In this document: positions 38,199 through 47,127 of the stretch, piece by piece | Layout of the letters: every line of letters begins with the position of its first letter | Position numbering within the stretch: the stretch's first letter is position 1 | Assembly (NCBI GenBank): GCA_963675745.2 | Contig: CAXXWX010000017.1 | Location: forward strand, 58,097 to 122,096 | Length of the DNA: 64,000 nt | Direction of reading: 5' to 3' | Source: Phycisphaerae bacterium | GTDB lineage: Bacteria > Planctomycetota > Phycisphaerae > UBA1845 > Fen-1342 | Position numbers and translations under genes: made by a program | The notes under the pieces: model-generated | What the model was told of the DNA's origin: nothing | Seen by the model: only the letters and a program-made list of their open reading frames with translations | The model's database searches: none

Positions 38199-41033
38199 GT
38201 GGATGTCTGTCTGAAGACTGACGAGGTCGAGGCGTTCGTCTCCGGCGAATTGTCGGCCGAGGATCAGGCGCGGTGCGAGTCGCACGTCGCCTCATGCTCA
38301 AGTTGCAGTGAGGCCGTCAACCTCTGTAGGCAGCATCAATCGCTGGCACAGGGAATCCGCAGAGCCTTTGGCACGACCGAGCCCCGCGATTCCTCGGCGG
38401 CTCCGGACCCCGATGACAAATGGCCGAACATCCCCGGCGCCATCGACGGTTATGAGATCCTTCACGAGATCCATCGCGGTGGTCAGGGCATCGTGTACAA
38501 GGCCGTGCAATTGGCAACCAAACGGCCGGTCGCCCTGAAGGTGCTGTTGCACGGCCCCTACGCCACGAAACGGCAACAGCACCGCTTCGAGCGTGAGGTT
38601 GACCTCGTCGCCAGCCTGCAGCACCCAAACATCGTCACGGTGTTCGACAGCGGCAAGGCGCATGGGCGCTACTTTTTCGCCATGGAGTACATCCATGGAG
38701 ACTCGCTCACCGACTACCTGGCGGCCAAGTCGCTGAGCCTGGACGCAAGGCTGAGACTGTTCCAGAAGATCTGCTCCGCCGTCAACGCAGCGCACCAGCG
38801 GGGGATCATTCACCGCGATCTCAAACCCGGCAATATCCAGATAGACGAAAGCGGGGAGCCGCACGTTCTCGACTTCGGCCTGGCGAAGGCGGCTGGCCCT
38901 GATCTTCACGACGGCATGCCGGTGACGATCTCCGGCGAGTTCATGGGGACACTGGCCTACGCGTCGCCCGAGCAGGCCAGGGGCGACCCCGCGTCGGTCG
39001 ATATTCGCACGGACGTATACTCGCTGGGAGTGATTCTGTTCGAGATGCTGACCGGCACGTACCCGTATCAGATTGACGGGCGCATGGTCGATGTGCTCAG
39101 GAACATCACCGAAGCAGAACCGAAGCGGCCGTCGAGCTTCAATCGCCGAATTGGCAACGAAATCGAGACGATCGTCCTCCAGGCGCTCGCGAAGGAGAAG
39201 GAACGCCGATATCAGTCGGCCGAGGCGCTCGGCCGCGACGTTGCTCGCTACCTGGCGGGGGAGCCGATCGATGCCAAGCGCGACAGCACGTGGTATGTGA
39301 TCCGCAAGTCGCTGCGGCGTTATCGCGTGGCGACTGGTGTTGCCAGCGCCTTTGTGCTCGTGCTGGCCGCGTCCACGGTCGCGTTGCTGTTCATGTATCA
39401 GGGTCAGAGTCGCGCACGCCAGGACGCCGAGGTCGCCCGCACGGAAGCCCAGCAGCGCGCCGACGAGCTGGAGATTGTCACGCGATTCCAGCAATCCATG
39501 CTCAGCGAAGTCGACGCTGGGGCCATGGGGCAAGCGCTGTACGCTAATCTGCGCGCTCGCGTGTTGGAGTCGTTGGAGGCCGAGGGGCAGTCGGCCGCGG
39601 AAACAGGATCGGCCACGGCACGTTTGGATGGGATGTTCCACCGTGTGAATACGACCGACGTGGCGCTGGACTTACTGGACGAGCACGTGCTCCAGCGTGC
39701 CATAGAGACGATCGAATCTGACTTTGCTGAGCAGCCCCTGGTTCGCGCCGCACTACTGCAGACGGTCGCGAGCGTCTACCACGACATCGGTCGTTACCCG
39801 CCGGCCGTGCCCTTGCAGGAAGCTGCGCTGAAGACTCGCCGAAGTGAGCTGGGCGCGGACCACCCGGATACGCTGAGCTCGCTCAACGCCATGGCGCAGC
39901 TCCTTCAGTCCATGGGCAAATTCGAGGAGGCACATGCCTTCTACACGGAGGCGCTGGAGGGATACCGGCGAACACTGGGGGACGACGATCCCCTGACTCT
40001 CAGCGCCGTCAGCAACCTGGGGTTCGTGCTGGCCGACATGGGCGAGCTTGAAAAGTCGCTCGAATTGGCCGGGGAGGCGCTGGCGGGTCGCCGGCGGGTG
40101 TTGGGTGACGATCACCCCGATACGTTCACTTCCCTCAGCAACATGGGCTCGCTACTAAGCCGCATGGGCAGAAACGAAGAGGCGCTCGAATACTATCGTG
40201 AAAGTCTGGAGGGTAATCGCCGCGTTCTCGGCGATGACCACCCGGAAACGCTGAACTCAATAAACAACATGGGGAATCTGCTCCAGAACATGGACCGGCT
40301 GGACGAGGCGCTGGCGTATCACCGCGAGGCGCTGGAGGGATGCCGCCGCGTTTTTGGCGACGACCATCCGAGTACGCTGGCCTCGGTTACCAACATCGGT
40401 GTCCTGTTCATCCTGAAGGGCGATCGCGAAGCAGCGTTGGAGCAGTTTCGCAAAGCATTGGATGGCTGGCAACGCTCCGTGGGTGAAGACCATCCCAGCA
40501 CACTGCTGGCCGTCAGCTACGTCGGCGTCCTGCTCAACAACATGGGCCGGCTCGAAGAAGCCGAACCGTATTATCGGCGAGCCCTGGAGAGCAACCGCCG
40601 CGTCCTGGGTGAGGATCATCCCAGAACGATAACCGCGGTTTATAACATGGGCGGTTTGCTGCGGAATCTTGGTAAGCTGGAGGAGGCGGAGACGTACGGT
40701 GCCCAGGCGGTCGCCTGGGCGCGAAAGTCTCGGCCCGCGGGACATCCGGACATCGCGGCGTACCTGTACGGCTACGGCCTGACGCTGTCGAAGCTCGAGC
40801 GGTTTGCCGACGCCGACGCCGCCTTGCTTGAGGCCTACGAGATTCTCGGTGCGGCCCTCGGCGGGCAGCACCGGCGCGTGCTGCGGATCGTTAACGGCAT
40901 CATCAGCAACTATGACGCCTGGCATGCCGCTGAACCCGCCGGCGGCCACGATACCCAGGCCGACGCGTGGCGCGCCAAGCTGGCCGCGGCCGCGGAACCA
41001 CAAAAGGCGGAACCTCAGGCATCCGGCCCATGA
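38199..41033 (+). CDS. Ser/Thr kinase with N-terminal zinc anti-sigma (HxxxCxxC) domain, TM and 42-aa TPR repeats
   Basis: ESHVASCSSC; RGGQGIVY, IIHRDLKPGN, LDFGLAK, GTLAYASPEQ; repeated RRVLGDDHPxTL. Confidence 0.93.
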   Translation: MDVCLKTDEVEAFVSGELSAEDQARCESHVASCSSCSEAVNLCRQHQSLAQGIRRAFGTTEPRDSSAAPDPDDKWPNIPGAIDGYEILHEIHRGGQGIVYKAVQLATKRPVALKVLLHGPYATKRQQHRFEREVDLVASLQHPNIVTVFDSGKAHGRYFFAMEYIHGDSLTDYLAAKSLSLDARLRLFQKICSAVNAAHQRGIIHRDLKPGNIQIDESGEPHVLDFGLAKAAGPDLHDGMPVTISGEFMGTLAYASPEQARGDPASVDIRTDVYSLGVILFEMLTGTYPYQIDGRMVDVLRNITEAEPKRPSSFNRRIGNEIETIVLQALAKEKERRYQSAEALGRDVARYLAGEPIDAKRDSTWYVIRKSLRRYRVATGVASAFVLVLAASTVALLFMYQGQSRARQDAEVARTEAQQRADELEIVTRFQQSMLSEVDAGAMGQALYANLRARVLESLEAEGQSAAETGSATARLDGMFHRVNTTDVALDLLDEHVLQRAIETIESDFAEQPLVRAALLQTVASVYHDIGRYPPAVPLQEAALKTRRSELGADHPDTLSSLNAMAQLLQSMGKFEEAHAFYTEALEGYRRTLGDDDPLTLSAVSNLGFVLADMGELEKSLELAGEALAGRRRVLGDDHPDTFTSLSNMGSLLSRMGRNEEALEYYRESLEGNRRVLGDDHPETLNSINNMGNLLQNMDRLDEALAYHREALEGCRRVFGDDHPSTLASVTNIGVLFILKGDREAALEQFRKALDGWQRSVGEDHPSTLLAVSYVGVLLNNMGRLEEAEPYYRRALESNRRVLGEDHPRTITAVYNMGGLLRNLGKLEEAETYGAQAVAWARKSRPAGHPDIAAYLYGYGLTLSKLERFADADAALLEAYEILGAALGGQHRRVLRIVNGIISNYDAWHAAEPAGGHDTQADAWRAKLAAAAEPQKAEPQASGP

Positions 41034-41599
41034 ACACAACTCGCGCCAGCCTGCTCGTACGCATCAAAGACGCCGACGCCGGCGAGGCGTGGGCGGAGTT
41101 CCACGAACTGTACGCGCCACTCATCTACCGCTACGCCCGCAAGCGGGGGTTAAACCACGAAGACGCTGACGACATTCGCTCCGAGTGCTACAAGGCGATC
41201 GTCCAGCAGATCGCGGACTTCAAGTACGACTACACCAAGGGCCGGTTCAAGGCCTGGCTGCGGACCATTGTCGATCGCCGCACAATCGACCTGTTCCGCA
41301 AGAAACGCGAGCATCAGGCCAACTCCGCTGACTTCGCCCAGCTCGAAGCCGCCCATCAATCTCCCGAGGAAGTCTGGGACGCCGAGTGGCAAAGCCAACA
41401 TCTCAGGCACTGCGTGCAGCAACTTCGCGGCGAAGTCTCGCCGACCACCTTCAAGGTGTTTGACATCGTGGTGGTCCAGGACCGATCGGTTGCGGAGGCT
41501 TGCGCCGAGCTTGGCATGAACCCCAATCAGGTCTACAAGGCCAAGGCCCGCATGCTGGACCGGGTGCGCGAGAGAATGGCGGAGTTTGGGTGCCAGTGA
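41030..41599 (+). CDS. ECF sigma factor (kinase-associated)
   Basis: ATGA overlap with the kinase stop; TTRASLLVR, AWAEF..LYAPLI, DADDI, GRFKAWL, NQVYKAKAR. Confidence 0.92.
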   Translation: MNTTRASLLVRIKDADAGEAWAEFHELYAPLIYRYARKRGLNHEDADDIRSECYKAIVQQIADFKYDYTKGRFKAWLRTIVDRRTIDLFRKKREHQANSADFAQLEAAHQSPEEVWDAEWQSQHLRHCVQQLRGEVSPTTFKVFDIVVVQDRSVAEACAELGMNPNQVYKAKARMLDRVRERMAEFGCQ

Positions 41600-41862
41600 G
41601 CATCGAGCAGCGCGGGGGCGGATACGCCACTAACGCCGGGCACGGCTCGACGACAACCCCGTTAACTGTGCAAAACCGCGGCGTTTTCCAAGGGCCGGCC
41701 CCGGCCCGTCAATAATCGATCAAAAAAAACGCTATCGCGAGGCTGATCTCGGCGGCTCGGCCGAATCCTCTTGTGGAATCGGGCAGGAGTTCAAGTGCGG
41801 CGTTGATCAGACCCGGCCCGGGATTGCCGTGAAGCACGCCGCGCCCGACCTGTTTTTCGATC

Positions 41863-42639
41863 GTGCAGTCAAGGAAACCAGCAATGTCAACGGTAGCAGG
41901 CTACGCACTCCCCTCCACGCGGCTTTACGACAATCCGGCGACGTTGGAGCAGCTCGAAGAGCAGAAGGCCCAGTTCATTCGCGTGATCGTTCACGAGCTC
42001 AAAGCTCCGGTGGCCGGGGCGAAGATGCTGATCGACGCGCTGCGGTTCAGCGACGCCGCGGCCGATTCGGCGGTTGCCGGCGTGATCGAGAGAATCTCGA
42101 ATCGCATGGGGCGCATGTCTGAGCTGATCAGAGATCTGCTTGACATGGCGCGGCTGAAATCCGGGGACCTGTTCGGCGAAGTTCGCACGGTCAATCTCCG
42201 GGCGGAGACCGAACAAGGCTGCGAGGCCTATCGCGAACAGGCCGAGCAGAAGGGGCTGGCCCTGCACATCGATTTGCCGGACAGGCCGGTTTGCGCGCGG
42301 ATCAACACCCGTGGCTACCAGATTGTGCTTTCCAACCTGGTGTCGAATGCGATCAAGTACACGCCGTCGGGCTCGGTTACAGTATCGCTGCGTCGGGAGG
42401 GCGGTTGGGCGGTGCTGGAGGTGGCCGACACGGGGATGGGCATCCCTGAGGCCGACGTGCCCAAGCTGTTCGCCGAGTTCTTCAGGGCGTCAAACGCCAA
42501 GGCCAGCGGCATCGAGGGCAGCGGCGTCGGGCTGACGGGGGCGAAAAGCCTGGTGGAGCGGTTCGGCGGCGAATTGACGCTCCAGACCCGCGAGAACGAA
42601 GGGACAACACTGACAGTACGCTTGCCCGCTGACCGGTGA
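41863..42639 (+). CDS. Histidine kinase core (HisKA + HATPase) lacking a sensor domain, probably 5' truncated
   Basis: VHELKAP, NLVSNAIKYT, VADTGMGI, FAEFFR, GSGVGL; no convincing start or input domain. Confidence 0.8.
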   Translation: MQSRKPAMSTVAGYALPSTRLYDNPATLEQLEEQKAQFIRVIVHELKAPVAGAKMLIDALRFSDAAADSAVAGVIERISNRMGRMSELIRDLLDMARLKSGDLFGEVRTVNLRAETEQGCEAYREQAEQKGLALHIDLPDRPVCARINTRGYQIVLSNLVSNAIKYTPSGSVTVSLRREGGWAVLEVADTGMGIPEADVPKLFAEFFRASNAKASGIEGSGVGLTGAKSLVERFGGELTLQTRENEGTTLTVRLPADR

Positions 42640-42810
42640 ACCCCAAAACGCCGCCACCTTCCGGCCGTCGTCCACGTGTGCCACGGCTCTATGAGCCGTG
42701 CTCTTCGGCCAACAAGCACGTCAGAAAATCATCCTGACACCTTTGCTACCGTGCAACCCAATCAGCTACATCATTAGTCCCGGTGGCGTCGCGCGAGATG
42801 TGACAGCGCC

Positions 42811-43359
42811 TTAGCGCCACGAAGGGTTTTGTGGTACGTCACCGTCAATATGATACCTTCGCTCGAAATCCACGGACATCACCAGAGCGCGAAGTTCACT
42901 CAAACTAGTGAGATCGCGCTCATAAACCCCATGTGCAACGTCCTGAGGTAAATAGTGCCTATAGCCTAGTGCGAAATCGACGATCATACGACTCTCCGGA
43001 GGGTCACTCAATCCCGAGCGTTGGATGGCTGCCAACAGTTCGGATAGCTGCAACTCGTTGAGCATTCCGTCGTCGTAGGAAACACCGACAAGCTCTTCCG
43101 TGGCGGCGCGGACGATCTGGCCATCCGCCCAGACCGCGTACAGAAGGCCTGACGCGGTGTCAATTTCATATTCTCCCTCCCCAGGCGGCCTGGCATCCGC
43201 ACGATAAGCCCAGTAGATCGGCACTCCGGACCTGTCATTTGTCATGACGTCGTCCGGCGAAAGCATGTGGCACGCGCCTGTCGCCGCCGCTGCAACGAGT
43301 GCTAACACTAGTACTCGGAGTTGGCCACGACAATGCTGCTTTCCGATTCTCATGCGCAT
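42811..43359 (-). CDS. Hypothetical lipoprotein
   Basis: GGAG before ATG 43359; MRMRIGKQHCRGQLRVLVLALVAAAATGA|C lipobox. The longer ORF-track start runs through repeats. Confidence 0.65.
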   Translation of the reverse strand: MRMRIGKQHCRGQLRVLVLALVAAAATGACHMLSPDDVMTNDRSGVPIYWAYRADARPPGEGEYEIDTASGLLYAVWADGQIVRAATEELVGVSYDDGMLNELQLSELLAAIQRSGLSDPPESRMIVDFALGYRHYLPQDVAHGVYERDLTSLSELRALVMSVDFERRYHIDGDVPQNPSWR

Positions 43360-43395
43360 GACCATTCTCTCCGCATGCCCGCAGGCGTTCGGGAA

Positions 43396-43460
43396 CAGAA
43401 AAGGAACAGAAAAGGTGTCAGGGCGCAGAAAAGGTGTCAAGTCAGAAAAAGGTGTCAGGA
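43396..43460 (+). repeat. Tandem CAGAAAAGG(TGTCA) repeats
   Basis: cagaaaaggaa cagaaaaggtgtcagggcg cagaaaaggtgtcaagt cagaaaaaggtgtcagga. Confidence 0.8.
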
Positions 43461-43817
43461 AGATTTTTAAGCACTCTCCATCGCCGAAGCACGGCTCACA
43501 GAGCCGTGGCACACCGTCCGTTCCAAGCTCTCCACACCTTCGCGTTGGCATCATGTTCATCACGCCGGTGCGTTGAATGTTCATCACAAAGGCGCGTTGC
43601 CATTGTACCCGATCGCCAGGTCGCGCACGATGACGCCATTCGCCGGGTCGTGCCGGCGCGGCGCGTGTCTTCGGTAATCCAGGAATCGTGAGTCACGGCC
43701 TTCGTGGCGTCTCTGGACCAGGGGCGGATCGCAATCTGTGCGGAGTCAGGCACTACGCCGCACTGCCCAGAGTTGGCCGGGTTTGATGACTCATGCGATC
43801 GGTGTGACTTACGTCAA

Positions 43818-43859
43818 TGGGCGATACTGGATTCGAACCAGTGACCTCATGGATGTCGA
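43818..43859 (-). other. 3' half of tRNA-Val(GAC): att-like duplicated tRNA fragment
   Basis: Minus strand TCGACATCCATGAGGTCACTGGTTCGAATCCAGTATCGCCCA: anticodon loop, T arm (ACTGG-TTCGAAT-CCAGT) and 3' acceptor strand; no 5' half upstream. Confidence 0.8.
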
Positions 43860-44085
43860 TCGAGCCAGATCGCTAGGCCGAGAAACTCGGAAGCTCCTAC
43901 AAAGTCAAGAGTAACGCACATTCGCATTCTTCGCAAGTTGCCGCAAGTGACCGCATAAAAACGCGCCCCGTCGCGGTAGAACTGCGATGGCGATGGATAA
44001 TTCGGTAATTACCGGGTTACGAAAAAGGGCACATGGCTGGTAGCTTCTCAGGCTGGCACAACCGATTCCTCCGGGCTATTCAAGA

Positions 44086-44149
44086 GCGGCGTTGTCAACC
44101 GACAATCGGCAGTCCCCCAGGCGCTGCACTTTTCAACCGGCGTTCATAC
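44086..44149. repeat. Dispersed IS21-end-like repeat (related copies at 11148-11198, 62050-62080, 62279-62347)
   Basis: Shared CAGGCGCTGCACTTTTCAACCGGCGTT core; copies at 44 kb and 62.3 kb also share ACCGAC.ATCGGCA.TCCCC. Confidence 0.7.
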
Positions 44150-44404
44150 GCCGCGCCCATCAGCTGCCTTCCATCTCTCACAGTGTTGAACGCACAGCCG
44201 GTAGACTCGTTCGTTGAAAGCCCATGGGATCACAGCGAGAACAACTGCTATCGCGAGGGCCTCCAATCCTCCTCGTCTTGGTGACATGTAGGTAGCCACG
44301 CCACCATTCACGCCAGACCACCACCGAATCGCATCTCGCGATGCAGATCACCAGCCGCTAACCGGCCATGTCATCGCCATCGGACTCGCGGCTGCCAGCA
44401 ACGA

Positions 44405-45511
44405 TCAAGCGTCACCCGCCGGTTCCGGCCAGCGCGTCGGCTGCAGTTGAAACGACACCTCGTAGGACATGCACCGCACGTGTGGCAGGTCGGCGATCGC
44501 GTATCGCAGCTTCAGGTTTGCCTCGCGGCATACGATGAGACCCTCAACGCGCTCATTCGGCTTGGCCAGCTTCTCCCGCACCCAGGACATGTATCGCAAG
44601 ATCTGCCCGACGGTCGCGTCGCTGGTCTGATTGCGCTTCAACTCCACCACCAACCAGCGAGGTTCGCGTTTGTGGTGGGCCAGCAGGTCTATCTCGCCGA
44701 CGGCCTTGGTCTGGTAATGCGACCCGATGGACTGGCCGTCCTCTTCGAGCAGGTCCCATCCTTTGCCCAGTTCAGTATTGTCCCAGTTCTCCTCCAGGAA
44801 TTCGTGCAGGTGGGCTTCCAGTGCAAACACGCCCGGGCTGCCGGGAGCTGACGGTAGGCTGACCACCGTGTCCTCGTCCGGCGACTCAAAGGACTGGTCG
44901 TCATCCTCGCCCATGACCCGCCACCAGAGTATGTCCAGCGTCCACAGGTCGAGCTTCAGGGCCGATGCCACATCCAGAGCAATCGAGTTCATGGCGACGT
45001 AGGTCTCGCCGACCGTCGCCCCCTTCCGTTCAGGCCACAGCCCCAGTGCCTGCATGCCATCCTGTGACTTCCGGTTCCAGACGGCGTATCGGTCGGGATA
45101 CACGACCATCAGGATGGCGGTCACGATGGCCTTTCCGAGAAATGGCACCTTCCGGGAGCCCTCCAGCACGTCGTCGATTCGTTCTGTAATGGGCCGCGAC
45201 TCATCGACCAGTGCGCCGAGTGCGGCCCGCAACCGACCCAGGTCGGCGACGATGTCCGGCCCACGCCGATGCAGCCCCTCCCAGTGGCGGTTGTTCCTGA
45301 ATCTGAGGAAGCTGAGGAAGTCCTCACTGGTCAGCTTCGGAATGTTGTGCTCGGCGAAAAGCTGGCCGTAGCGCTCAACGACTGCGTGCTTCGCCTCCAG
45401 GATATCGCGCCCCTGGTTATCTAGCCGTTCGACTGGATTGCTCATCACGCGATTCAGTATGGCCCGCAACCGATTCAGCGCATTTGGAGGGACTTCGCTT
45501 TTGTTCATCAC
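44405..45511 (-). CDS. PD-(D/E)XK endonuclease (NucS/DUF91-like C-terminus) with N-terminal helical DNA-recognition-like domain; putative restriction/defence
   Basis: FALEAHLHEFLEENW, GEIDLLAHH, WLVVELKR, TVGQILRYM, VEGLIV; N-terminal GKAIVTAILMVVYPDRYAVWN. Confidence 0.85.
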   Translation of the reverse strand: MMNKSEVPPNALNRLRAILNRVMSNPVERLDNQGRDILEAKHAVVERYGQLFAEHNIPKLTSEDFLSFLRFRNNRHWEGLHRRGPDIVADLGRLRAALGALVDESRPITERIDDVLEGSRKVPFLGKAIVTAILMVVYPDRYAVWNRKSQDGMQALGLWPERKGATVGETYVAMNSIALDVASALKLDLWTLDILWWRVMGEDDDQSFESPDEDTVVSLPSAPGSPGVFALEAHLHEFLEENWDNTELGKGWDLLEEDGQSIGSHYQTKAVGEIDLLAHHKREPRWLVVELKRNQTSDATVGQILRYMSWVREKLAKPNERVEGLIVCREANLKLRYAIADLPHVRCMSYEVSFQLQPTRWPEPAGDA

Positions 45512-45598
45512 AGTACCTTCTCCGCGGCTCGTACTCGAATTTCACCCGATAGCAACTTTGGTAGTCGAGCGTCCCGAATATCGACGAGCGTATACGAT

Positions 45599-45814
45599 TC
45601 ACATTCGTTCTCTCGCTTCTTTTGGAACCGCGGCTCGGCGCCTTCCGCGAAAGATCGGGTCAACGCTTCTGGCGGGACATCCATCGGCACATCGTGGACG
45701 TGGTTTCCCCCGCAGCTTGTCGGCTGCTTGCCAGGGCTTCTCCTCGACGCCGAGGTTGGCCCCGCCGTTGGCCAGTTCTTTTGCGTTTTTCTTCGATCTT
45801 CGCTGACGTGCCAT
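45599..45814 (-). pseudogene. hsdM: N-terminal remnant of a type I restriction-modification methyltransferase (HsdM)
   Basis: MARQRRSKK...NGGANLGVEEKPWQAADKLRG matches the HsdM N-terminus (ANLGFEEKLWxAADKLRG), then homology is lost. Confidence 0.7.
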
Positions 45815-46656
45815 GCGACCCCCGCGAACTGGTGGCCTATGTGTTTGTGACCTCGACGCCGGTCCCCATGATAACCGGTCACCCGAGGGCGGCATAGCGC
45901 CATCGGCGTCGGCGGCTGCGGGCCTAGCGGCGATGGCTTAGCGAAGGCCCGGCATGTGCGTGGCGGTGCGGCGATGAACGAAGATTCCGCGCCATTCGCT
46001 GGCTGCGTGCACAGGTGGAAGTTTCATCCGCGCGTCACGCTTCGGAATTCCGTTCTTACGACCGTTGTACGGCTGCACAAAAGTCGCATTGTCATGCCAG
46101 CGCGAGGCCGTGCTCTCCCCACCACAGCAGCGCCCCAATCTCTGCGTGCGCCTTGCCGCCTTCGTGCAGGCTCGCGGCCAGCCACACCGGAACAACACAC
46201 GCCCATCCGCCGCAACCGCTTGCTAGCGGGTCCAGGGGTACTAGGGTGCCCGGCTGGACTAGAAAATCGCTCTGGCGCCGCGTACGTGCATGTATGGGTC
46301 ACGCTGGGGGCGCCGGTGGCTCGGTGTGAACCTGGTGGCGCGGCCAATTCGATCGGCGCCGGGGAAACTCGAACGGGTCCCACCACGCCGAAGTCGCCGC
46401 TGAGGGGGGCGAAACACTGCGGGTCGACGGCCGGGACGTGTCGGGGGGTGTCACGTGTACCAACACACCGACCCGCGCAATCATGTTAACACACGCTGTG
46501 TCCGCCTGCAAAAGTGTCTTCGAGGAATGCGCGAACGAGGCGGGTCGGCGGCCGGGATCTGGGCGAGAGCACTGCGGATGCGCCGGCCCTCCGACCCGCG
46601 CCCACATGGTACGCACCGGATTAGCGCCAACAACCTAGCAAAACTCTGCCGCGCGA

Positions 46657-47127
46657 ATGCGGTACACTTCCAGCATGCACCCGCGAAACCACCGGATATC
46701 GAACACGCTCACCGTCGCCGCCGTCGTGCTGGTCATGTTGGCGGCCGGGTCGTTGTTCGTCGGCGTCGATGTCGGTGGGCGCGTCGGTGTAGTCTGCGGT
46801 ATCGCCTATGTGTTCCGCGGACGCATTGACCTCGCGCAGTATGCCGTCTGGCTCATTAACCCACGCCGGACGATGCCGCAACGCCTGGGGGATGCTGTCG
46901 GCCCGCCGCGTGTGCTTCGCAAGAGCGGGCGTGCTATCTCTGGGGTGGAACTCCCGCTGGTCTGGCCGGCCGCGGTGTGTGGCCTTACCGCGTACGTTGT
47001 GAGGCGTCGCGGTCGCATACCGCCCGGTCACTGCCGCTGCGGTTACGATCTCACGGGGAACGTCAGCGGGACGTGCCCGGAGTGCGGCGCGGTGGTCGCA
47101 CCGCGCTGTCAGTTATCCGCCGAGTAG
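46657..47127 (+). CDS. Small membrane protein with C-terminal Zn ribbon (possibly degenerate)
   Basis: Hydrophobic segments, LPLVWPAAVCGLTAYVVRRRGRIPPGHCRCGYDLTGNVSGTCPECG. Confidence 0.6.
   Translation: MRYTSSMHPRNHRISNTLTVAAVVLVMLAAGSLFVGVDVGGRVGVVCGIAYVFRGRIDLAQYAVWLINPRRTMPQRLGDAVGPPRVLRKSGRAISGVELPLVWPAAVCGLTAYVVRRRGRIPPGHCRCGYDLTGNVSGTCPECGAVVAPRCQLSAE

Larger units (their letters stand above)
42676..43514. mobile_element. Cassette bracketed by nested inverted repeats (REP pair outside, 20-bp IR inside)
   Basis: GTGTGCCACGGCTCT(A/G)TGAGCCGTGCT at 42676-42702 (+) and 43488-43514 (-), 26/27 match; AAAATC(A/T)TCCTGACACCTTT at 42725-42744 (+) and 43448-43467 (-), 19/20 match. Confidence 0.7.

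Noticed and set aside
43360..43587. N-terminal extension of the 42811-43587 ORF
   Set aside because: It translates the repeat tract (FLTPFSDLTPFLRPDTFS); the RBS and lipoprotein signal point to a start at 43359.
46335..46385. tRNA-like fragment (reverse GTTCGAG)
   Set aside because: Flanks do not pair into a T stem and no acceptor or anticodon arm is present.
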